Below, one piece after another: positions 52,908-59,711 of a DNA stretch of 59,711 bases. The notes beneath the pieces were generated by a model that did not search any database, was not told the origin of the DNA, and saw only the letters and a list, made by a program, of their open reading frames with translations. How positions within the stretch are numbered: position 1 is the stretch's first letter; every line of letters starts with the position of its first letter. The position numbers and the translations under genes were made by a program. Source of the stretch: a virus. Taxonomy: Duplodnaviria > Caudoviricetes. The DNA is taken from positions 1 through 59,711 of the IMG/VR virus record IMGVR_UViG_3300008448_000085, one strand, 5' to 3'.

Positions 52908-54038
52908 TCAGGAGGCGATGATCTTGAAGAAGTTACGCGGCGACTTGAACTTGAGGTTGCCGAGCGTTGACACCACGTAGCGGTACTGTTGCGTGATCTC
53001 GTCGTAAAACGGACCCTCGCTGGACATCAGCTGTCCTTCCATGCACAGCAGCTCCATGTTGCCGATGCACAGGCCGTAACCCGAGTTGGCGGTGGAGGCC
53101 ACCGAGCCAATCGAATTCTCCTGCGAAATTTCGACGCCATCCAGCTCAAACACATCCGTGAAGCCGTAGCTGCGGAGGCCGTTGGTGCGACTGACGATCA
53201 CCCGCTCCTTGGCATCCAGCGTGTTCAGCATGTCGATGTAGAGGCGACGATCAAGCAGGACCATGTCGATCTGATCTTCCTTGGTGTCGTTGCGACGGGT
53301 CTGGTGAAGACCCTCGCGGATTGCCTTGACGCAGTTGTCACGCCACGTAGTCGAACCGAAGTACGATGACGCTGCGTTCACAATGACCGGGCTGAAAAAA
53401 TCGAACTCAGGATCGGCGTAACCGTTGGGCCAGTTGCCGGCACGCTGCGAACCACCGTACGCACCCAGCACAGTCGAAAGACCGGCGTAGGAGTCGTTGG
53501 GGTAGTAGAACGGGTCGGCGGCATTGGCAGTGCGGGCGGTCACCGAAGTGCCCGAATCAACCTGGATCGTCTGGGTCGCGTTGAGGAACGACTCAACGCC
53601 GTGGAACCGAAGCTCGTTGCCAGCGGCGTAACCATCCTGCAGCCACTCACGCGCGAGGTACTGCTCCATGCTCGTCAGGAGACGGCTGGCCATCTTACCG
53701 GCGACGTTTACAAGAGCCTGAGCGGAGCGGTTCTCCAGCATCTCCTTCTTGTAAATCGCGTCTGTCACTTGCGCGCCACGGTACTCCAGCTCGGCTCGCT
53801 TCCAGAGGTTCTGGCGTGCGAACACTCGCGGAGTTTCTCCGTTATTGCCGCTCGGAGTGTGATTTCTGTACTGAATTTCCCAGTCGAAACCCCTGCCCGA
53901 CATGTTAGTGCGGATGTTGCCAGACCCCTCAAGGGCGGCGAACACCTTGTACTTCCGCAACGACGCAATCTCTTCTTCCCGAAGGTGATTGACAATCGTC
54001 GTTGCAATACTGCGTGCCCAGTCAGTCGAACTGCTCAT
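52908..54038 (-). CDS. Major capsid protein
   Basis: 376 aa between scaffold and decoration genes; HK97-like pattern. Confidence 0.85.
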   Translation of the reverse strand: MSSSTDWARSIATTIVNHLREEEIASLRKYKVFAALEGSGNIRTNMSGRGFDWEIQYRNHTPSGNNGETPRVFARQNLWKRAELEYRGAQVTDAIYKKEMLENRSAQALVNVAGKMASRLLTSMEQYLAREWLQDGYAAGNELRFHGVESFLNATQTIQVDSGTSVTARTANAADPFYYPNDSYAGLSTVLGAYGGSQRAGNWPNGYADPEFDFFSPVIVNAASSYFGSTTWRDNCVKAIREGLHQTRRNDTKEDQIDMVLLDRRLYIDMLNTLDAKERVIVSRTNGLRSYGFTDVFELDGVEISQENSIGSVASTANSGYGLCIGNMELLCMEGQLMSSEGPFYDEITQQYRYVVSTLGNLKFKSPRNFFKIIAS

Positions 54039-55063
54039 CAGATCACTCCATCGTTAACGAGTTGGCCGCGAAGGCGTTCTTCAAAACTCATCCGCTGGCG
54101 AGGTGCCCGCGGCTCTGTGGTTCCTGCACTGCGATTCGGGGTACGGGTCGCACGTTCCCGGAGGAACTGCATGTTCTGTTGGGCCACCGGGTCAGCCTGC
54201 GGCTGCGGGGGCTGCTGTGGCATGGCCGGGCCGTTGAAGCCCTGAGCCTGCATCTGCTGGTAGCGCATGTTCAGAAGATCGCGCTGCAGCATGCCGGTGG
54301 CGTACTTCCAGCGGGCCTCGGGCGAGGTAATCCCGATCTCGGAAGCCTGCTGGATGTACGCCTGGATCGCCTGCCCCTCGCGGGAGATTTGTCCGTTGCC
54401 GTCGTACAGCCAGTCCGCGTTCTGTCGCTCAAGGTCCGAAACGTAGTTGGTGGCCTGATACTGGTTGAGCTGCTGCTGCACCAGTTCCTGGGCCTTCTGC
54501 ATCGCCACCTGCTCAACGAAGGGCTTGAGCGTGTTCTCGGGATCAGTGACGAACTTGCGGGCGAAGTCGGCCGTGTACGCCTGATACTCGCGGAGAGCCT
54601 GCTGGGCCTCGTACGGAGCGGAGGGGTCAATGACCTCCTTGCCCGTATTGGGGTCGCGGACGATGAAGGACTTGTAGGTGTCCTTGATGGCGGGCGGGTT
54701 CCACCACTTCGGCGTCTCGGCCGGCTTGGGCTTTGCGGCCTCGGCCTGCGAGCGCCTCCACGCCTCAAACTCCTTCTGGTTGCGAAGGTAGTCCATGCCG
54801 GCGGGAACAATCGTCTGATACTGCTGAAGCTGCTGGGTGGCGGTCTGGTAGCCGTTGAATGCCTTGTACAGGTTCTGGGCAATGGCCAGATCGTCTTGGC
54901 CTTGGAACTCGGGGAGATGCCGGAAGGCAGAGAACGGCGTGTCAAAACCGCCATTCGCATCGCCTGCCGGCGCCGATTGTTCCGAATAGCTGGCCGCGGA
55001 CTGGGGAGACTCAGGAGCCTCCGTTGCCGCCGCGCTGGTCTGTGGATCAAGTTCTTCTGACAT
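54038..55063 (-). CDS. Capsid scaffolding protein candidate
   Basis: Q/A-rich helical, TGATG-coupled to MCP. Confidence 0.75.
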   Translation of the reverse strand: MSEELDPQTSAAATEAPESPQSAASYSEQSAPAGDANGGFDTPFSAFRHLPEFQGQDDLAIAQNLYKAFNGYQTATQQLQQYQTIVPAGMDYLRNQKEFEAWRRSQAEAAKPKPAETPKWWNPPAIKDTYKSFIVRDPNTGKEVIDPSAPYEAQQALREYQAYTADFARKFVTDPENTLKPFVEQVAMQKAQELVQQQLNQYQATNYVSDLERQNADWLYDGNGQISREGQAIQAYIQQASEIGITSPEARWKYATGMLQRDLLNMRYQQMQAQGFNGPAMPQQPPQPQADPVAQQNMQFLRERATRTPNRSAGTTEPRAPRQRMSFEERLRGQLVNDGVI

Positions 55064-55091
55064 GTTTTGCTAACCTCGGGGGAAGGTGTGC

Positions 55092-55107
55092 CTACATATC
55101 AATGTTC
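55092..55107 (-). promoter_or_regulatory. Putative late promoter motif
   Basis: GAACATT-GATAT-GTAG overlapping EndoVII stop. Confidence 0.55.
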
Positions 55108-55686
55108 AATATGCGTCGTTCTTGTTACGGGGTACGCCTGCTCGCGGTAATCAACGTCCAGTGTTCTGACCAGATAGTCAGCGGCAGCACGCAGCACATC
55201 CGGCCTCTCTAGGCTGATCCCCACCAAGGAATTGCACTTACTGCACAGAACGCCGCGAACCGCACCATCCGAATGCCGATGGTCGATGTGCTGGTGTCGG
55301 CTGTCGGAGAACCGCTGACCGCAGCACTCGCACGCTTCATTGGCCGTCATCTGCGCGGCCGTTTCTCTTGGAAGTCCGTACCGGCGAGAGCGGCTGTGGA
55401 CGCTGTCACACACTCTGCAAAACCGACCAAGCCCGTCGTTTGCGGCGCGGTATACGGCAAACTCAGCGGACGGCTTAATGATGCCGCAGGACGCGCAATG
55501 CTTAGATTTGGGAACGTGCGAGGCCCCCTGGCGAGCCTGCTTTTGTTTTCTTAGCGATTGGCTGCGGGCGTACGCGCAGGGCTTGCATGTGTTAGCTCTG
55601 CCGTCCGCGTTCCGCGAGTTGTGAAACTCTTCAAGCCGCTTGACTTCCCCGCACGCCCGACACGCCTTCGCAGCCGCGATAATCAC
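55099..55686 (-). CDS. Endonuclease VII-like homing endonuclease with two Zn fingers
   Basis: CRAC..CKPC, CASC..CRVC; IDHRHSDGAVRGVLCSKCN. Confidence 0.88.
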   Translation of the reverse strand: MIIAAAKACRACGEVKRLEEFHNSRNADGRANTCKPCAYARSQSLRKQKQARQGASHVPKSKHCASCGIIKPSAEFAVYRAANDGLGRFCRVCDSVHSRSRRYGLPRETAAQMTANEACECCGQRFSDSRHQHIDHRHSDGAVRGVLCSKCNSLVGISLERPDVLRAAADYLVRTLDVDYREQAYPVTRTTHIEH

Positions 55687-55705
55687 TTGGCATTCTCCTG
55701 TATCC

Positions 55706-55722
55706 CTACAGGATCAATGCCC
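55706..55722 (-). promoter_or_regulatory. Putative late promoter motif (6-nt spacer)
   Basis: GGGCATT-GATCCT-GTAG. Confidence 0.5.
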
Positions 55723-55736
55723 GCCTGTTACGAAAC

Positions 55737-56042
55737 CTAGGTACTTATGCGCAAGGACAGAGGATTCGTAACCTTCCGGCGCCTCGGGGTGACGGGCGGC
55801 TCAGGGAGATGCATCCAGTGCATTCGGCTCTCAATCGGGATCGCCAAGTCGCCTCCCCAGTTGATTGACTTGCCATCTCGCTTGCCGACAAACGTCGGCC
55901 AAAAACTGTCGTTCGGATCACACCACAGAACGGCCACGCCATCATCTGGCAGGCTCGCGCTGGCGGGAATCCATTCCGGCCTATACGCCATGCCGCACTC
56001 GCATTCTGCGTAACCGCAGTGCTGGCAATCCTTGCCGTTCAT
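55737..56042 (-). CDS. DUF551-like protein
   Basis: EWIPASASLP...HWMHLPEPP. Confidence 0.7.
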   Translation of the reverse strand: MNGKDCQHCGYAECECGMAYRPEWIPASASLPDDGVAVLWCDPNDSFWPTFVGKRDGKSINWGGDLAIPIESRMHWMHLPEPPVTPRRRKVTNPLSLRIST

Positions 56043-56057
56043 GTGAACTTCCTTGAG

Positions 56058-56966
56058 CTACTGGCGTTGTGGGGAGCCTCCCATTGTAGCAGCCTCTGCC
56101 GCCATTACTGGCGCCAGCCATCCAAACTTTCGGAGTATTCGGATTGCATCCTCGGCCCCAGGAAAAACAACGTAGTTGCGGGTTTGCGACTCACCCGCGC
56201 CACGCGACCCAGAATCCAGATACCGGACCCCCGGGACTCCCAGGTCGAAAAGTCGGTCGGCTGCGCCACGCGGCCCGTGCATAGACACCATGGCTTGCCA
56301 TACATCCTGCCCGCTTCGGTTGCCTCGCGTTAAGCCATGGTTGTGCCACTGGGCAGCCATCTGCGGGTCTTTGTACCCACCGATGTGAAAGAATTTATGC
56401 TCGTCCGGGTTGGCGGCGCGCGACCAAGCATCGTCAAACGCAGCCAGCATTTCTTTCGATTGACTTCGGGCGGGGGCGTCCCAGTCCAGCATCGCATGCT
56501 CGGGGATGTCAATTGCCAGCTCATATCCCGTGCCAAGGTTTTTTCGCGCATCAACAAGCTCGTCGGTTGCGTCAACCCCAGACAGGCCATCGCGTTTCAT
56601 TGCAGCGCTGATGGCTTGAGAAGGGTAGTCGTACCCAAGCCAATCATTTTCATTCATTGCCTTGAGGAATCGTTGCTGCCTTGGATCGAAGGCCGCAAGG
56701 GACTCAACAACTTCATCGGGGTCGGCGTCTTGCGGAAGCGCATCCAAGAAGTCCGACTTTAGCTTGCCATAAGAAAGCGACATGCGGTAATCATCTGCGA
56801 CCGCCGGATTCTGGGCGGAATAGTGACCGTGGGCGTAGGTTTCAGCGCCCTGCCCAGTCCCAAGAAAGCCTGAATCAAACTTGCTGAAATGTTCCGGCCT
56901 TGGGCTACCGTGGTAGGCCTTGATGACAGAGCGAACGGCATTGCCCAAGTGGTCAAGTTTGCCCAT
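56058..56966 (-). CDS. ADP-ribosyltransferase-fold protein (ART-PolyVal-like)
   Basis: AYHGSP...F..FD...GTGQGA..Y.HGHY; GVRYLD...NYVVF. Confidence 0.7.
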   Translation of the reverse strand: MGKLDHLGNAVRSVIKAYHGSPRPEHFSKFDSGFLGTGQGAETYAHGHYSAQNPAVADDYRMSLSYGKLKSDFLDALPQDADPDEVVESLAAFDPRQQRFLKAMNENDWLGYDYPSQAISAAMKRDGLSGVDATDELVDARKNLGTGYELAIDIPEHAMLDWDAPARSQSKEMLAAFDDAWSRAANPDEHKFFHIGGYKDPQMAAQWHNHGLTRGNRSGQDVWQAMVSMHGPRGAADRLFDLGVPGVRYLDSGSRGAGESQTRNYVVFPGAEDAIRILRKFGWLAPVMAAEAATMGGSPQRQ

Positions 56967-57868
56967 TACTCTTCCTGCTGGCTGCGGCTGTAGGCGCCCA
57001 AGCCGGTGAACGCTGCAGGGAACGCCATCTCCTTGCCCATTAGGCCTGCGGCGCGAAGTGCGTGTTTTGCGCCGGCTCGCGACAACGGCTTGGACGCAGC
57101 TTTGGCGGCGTGGGTGATCGCATCCGTTGCGCCCGTCACGGGATCGACAATGCTCTCCAGGGCATAGCCGGCGAGGTCAGTGCCGAAAGAGTCCTTCCAC
57201 CCAAAGTCGCTCTTGAGATACTCAGGACCTTCGATGCTTCCGCGTTCCGTGTTTCCCGGCTTCAGCCCTTCGGCAAGCCCCGGATTGCCGTCAGTCAACA
57301 TCATCAGCGGCGAATAAAACGGCACCTTTCCTGCCCATTCGCGCTCGGCAGACCAAGATGGATTAGGGTCCTTGCCCTGCAAGGCGTTCCACAATCCGCC
57401 GGTCGCTTTGTTTGCAACGTACGGAGCCTCCTCCGCGGCCTTGGGCAAGTCGTACGCCGCGCGCGCCGTATTGGCGATAAGAGAGAACGGGGCCTGCAAG
57501 ACTTGGAAGGCGTTGGCTAATGGCATGCCCGGCTCAAGCATGCCACGCTGGCGGTATGGCGAAGTGTCCTGCGGGCCGACCTTGAGGTCCGATCCTCGCA
57601 CGGGATTGCCATCCCCAAAGTCTACGAACACCCGCTGGCCAAACTGATCCGGGTATTGCTGCTGAATGGCCGCGAGTCGCCGCATCAGAGAGTCGTACTT
57701 CAGCTTCTGCTGGTACTCCTCGTCGGTCAGGATTTGATGCGTCAGCGCCCCGGGGTGATTGACCGCCACATTCCACATGGATGGATATGGACGATTCGGC
57801 TCCGTGGCAACCTCGGCGTAGGCCTGTCGCACAAGATCATCGACACTTGTGGCCGGTCGGCGGTCCAT
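56966..57868 (-). CDS. Putative internal virion protein
   Basis: TAATG coupling; ESIVDP motif echoes 27233..30838. Confidence 0.6.
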   Translation of the reverse strand: MDRRPATSVDDLVRQAYAEVATEPNRPYPSMWNVAVNHPGALTHQILTDEEYQQKLKYDSLMRRLAAIQQQYPDQFGQRVFVDFGDGNPVRGSDLKVGPQDTSPYRQRGMLEPGMPLANAFQVLQAPFSLIANTARAAYDLPKAAEEAPYVANKATGGLWNALQGKDPNPSWSAEREWAGKVPFYSPLMMLTDGNPGLAEGLKPGNTERGSIEGPEYLKSDFGWKDSFGTDLAGYALESIVDPVTGATDAITHAAKAASKPLSRAGAKHALRAAGLMGKEMAFPAAFTGLGAYSRSQQEE

Positions 57869-58122
57869 TACCACTTCACCTTGTCTGCCCAGTACGCCGC
57901 GGACATCTTGCCCTTGGCGATGTTCTCTGCGTGCCGGGCCTTAAATGCTTCATTGCGCGCCGTGCCATCCGGCGAACCCTCCACTCCCTGCTGCCCAAAG
58001 CGGATCAGCTTTTCCTGGTCCCCCGACTTGGCGAGGACCATGTGGGATTTCTCCGGATGGTTGGGCGTCCTCACGGGGCGATTAGGAACAAGCCTCCGCA
58101 CAGCATCGCCGTCACGGTCCAT
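57868..58122 (-). CDS. Conserved small basic phage protein
   Basis: TPNHPEKSHMV...LIRFGQQG...FKARH...SAAYWADKVKW. Confidence 0.8.
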   Translation of the reverse strand: MDRDGDAVRRLVPNRPVRTPNHPEKSHMVLAKSGDQEKLIRFGQQGVEGSPDGTARNEAFKARHAENIAKGKMSAAYWADKVKW

Positions 58123-58164
58123 CAGTCCTCCTCCCTCTCCTCAAAGAGAAACCACCACGGGTTG

Positions 58165-58530
58165 TCATCCATTGAGCAAGGAGCGGATGATGTTGCCTTC
58201 CTGCTCCTTCTTCGCCATCTGCAGGCGAACGTGAGCTAGGTATTTCTCATGCTCCATGCGGCGGGCCTCTCGGGCCTGGGCCACCCGGGAGTCCATTTCG
58301 TCGCCAATCGCGGAGTTCACGGCCTTCATCGCATCGGCGTGCTGGCCGAAGTGCTGAGAGGCTAAGGCGCCGGGATTGGGGCCTGCGTAGCCAAATCCCT
58401 TACTCGCCGCCAGACCTCGCTCTCGGTCGCTCTTCGCCCTGGCCATACGCATCTGACGAACTTCTTCCGCTCGGCGCTTTTCGCCATCGTCGCCGTTCCA
58501 CCAATCCTGCGCATTGCTCATCAGGTCCAC
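58165..58530 (-). CDS. Coiled-coil protein
   Basis: GAGG RBS; start 58530 or 58521. Confidence 0.65.
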   Translation of the reverse strand: MDLMSNAQDWWNGDDGEKRRAEEVRQMRMARAKSDRERGLAASKGFGYAGPNPGALASQHFGQHADAMKAVNSAIGDEMDSRVAQAREARRMEHEKYLAHVRLQMAKKEQEGNIIRSLLNG

Positions 58531-58540
58531 ATGTCACCTC

Positions 58541-58556
58541 TTACTTGTTATTGCCC
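58541..58556 (-). promoter_or_regulatory. Putative late promoter motif
   Basis: GGGCAAT-AACAA-GTAA overlapping upstream stop. Confidence 0.5.
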
Positions 58557-59386
58557 TTCTTGGCCCTACGGATGGCCAAGTGAATCAATGCCTTGCCGGC
58601 CAAACGCACAAAGGGAAGTTTGCGCTTGGTCGCTTCTTCTTGGAGCCAGTCGCAGATTGTCTCCACGTTCTGCTCACACCAGTGAATGCCGTTGCGGTTC
58701 ATAACATCGGCACGCTTGTTACAAGAGCACCCCGGTGATGCGACAATGCCGATCTTGGCGAGTAGGGCCTTGAGTTCCGTGCCGGGGCCTTGAAGTACCT
58801 TGACATTCAGCCCCAAGGCCACAGCGCCAGTGCAGGGGTCAATGTCCTGCGACGGGAAGGTCTGGGGATCGTTGCATTCGTAACTGTTGTCGTAGGTGTA
58901 CGATGGGATGTTTACTAACTCAGTCCCGCGATACCAAGTGCCATTAAAAAACGACTCGCACTCCGACTGCTCCACGCCGGTTGACCAAGTCCAGATTTCG
59001 TTGTCGCAGTCATCCAGGGCTTGGTACACGCACACGGTCGGGCAAGTGTCGCACACCCCGTCGCAGCAGCAGAGGTTGGGTTCCATGGCCGACTCCGTGC
59101 CAGCCGTGCCCTCCCAGCAGCCGTGGCCGTCTTCGTAGTACGCGCCGTCCCTACAGCACCCCAGTCCAGGGAAAGCCGCCTCGGCCTCGGGGTAGTAGGT
59201 GTAGCCCGCCGTCTCGCACCCGCAGTCCGCGTTATCTTGGCAGCCGCACGGCTCGGCCTGACAGGTGCCGCTGCAGCAGTACTCGCCAGTGTCGCAGCAG
59301 GTTCCGGTGGACCCGCCACAGCAGCACTTGCCCTGCTGCCCCTCAGAGCAGTCTTGGTTGCCGCAGCAGCACTTACAGCAGGCCAT
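58541..59386 (-). CDS. Extremely Cys-rich protein (281 aa)
   Basis: MACCKCCCGNQDC...; C-terminal GPGTELK..L...CSC domain; GGGAG RBS. Confidence 0.75.
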   Translation of the reverse strand: MACCKCCCGNQDCSEGQQGKCCCGGSTGTCCDTGEYCCSGTCQAEPCGCQDNADCGCETAGYTYYPEAEAAFPGLGCCRDGAYYEDGHGCWEGTAGTESAMEPNLCCCDGVCDTCPTVCVYQALDDCDNEIWTWSTGVEQSECESFFNGTWYRGTELVNIPSYTYDNSYECNDPQTFPSQDIDPCTGAVALGLNVKVLQGPGTELKALLAKIGIVASPGCSCNKRADVMNRNGIHWCEQNVETICDWLQEEATKRKLPFVRLAGKALIHLAIRRAKKGNNK

Positions 59387-59396
59387 AGGTGTCTCC

Positions 59397-59412
59397 CTAT
59401 GGTTCAGTGCCT
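59397..59412 (-). promoter_or_regulatory. Putative late promoter motif at head of virion arm
   Basis: AGGCACT-GAACC-ATAG. Confidence 0.55.
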
Positions 59413-59442
59413 GCCGGGCGGCAGAACGCACGCCGGGGGCCT

Positions 59443-59627
59443 TGGCCGGCGTTTTGGCCGGCTGGCATCTCAGCAGGGAAGGGGAGAAGTCGCTGTTGGG
59501 GACGAAAGCTGGCCGGGAGTTTGGCCGGATGGGTAACGAAGTGAAACGCCGTGGTTTCAAGTCGTTACGGAAGGCGACACGCAGGCGTCACGGCTGGTGG
59601 GAAAGTGGGAAAGTGGGAATTGGCCGG
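59443..59627 (+). repeat. Five TGGCCGG copies and tandem GTGGGAA(A) x3
   Basis: TGGCCGG at 59443, 59455, 59510, 59522, 59621; GTGGGAAAGTGGGAAAGTGGGAA ~59597-59619. Confidence 0.6.
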
Positions 59628-59676
59628 GAAAGCGACATGTGGGGGCTAGAGGGGTGAAAAAAGTCAGGAGGGGTAT

Positions 59677-59711
59677 TGACGAATGAGAGCGTTCGCGCCG
59701 GGGGGGGAAGG
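59677..59711 (+). repeat. Terminal direct repeat, right copy
   Basis: Identical to 1..35. Confidence 0.95.

Noticed and set aside
27381-59657. Many + strand ORFs across the virion block
   Set aside because: Antisense shadows typical of high-GC DNA; no RBS or recognisable motifs.
1-59711. Stop-codon reassignment
   Set aside because: Core genes (terminase, portal, capsid) are intact in the standard code, and TAA, TAG and TGA all end genes.

Overview
The window looks like one complete, circularly assembled temperate dsDNA phage genome of podovirus-like layout (35-bp terminal overlap, 1..35 = 59677..59711). A Planctomycetota host is likely, but that is inference. Layout: (i) a + strand early arm (1563-12155) of about 37 tiny, translationally coupled genes ending in a serine recombinase; (ii) a - strand protease/membrane-protein module plus a sigma-70-family factor (11992-16276); (iii) a - strand nuclease/recombination block (HJ resolvase, HNH, EndoVII, split SF2 helicase, SSB, ERF, RecE-like exonuclease; 16236-26080); (iv) a tyrosine integrase next to a 5' tRNA fragment (putative attP); (v) a - strand virion block (ejection proteins, tail, portal, terminase, major capsid, scaffold; 27233-59386). 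I could not recognise a DNA polymerase, primase or peptidoglycan endolysin. Non-coding signals read from the sequence: a type II hammerhead ribozyme (1673-1724), an integron-type attC site bounding an apparent gene cassette (20273-20605), a promoter-driven ~310-nt highly structured RNA (18930-19240), a compact late-promoter motif in 7 copies, and direct repeats at gene junctions in the early arm. All family calls come from motif recognition, not database searches.
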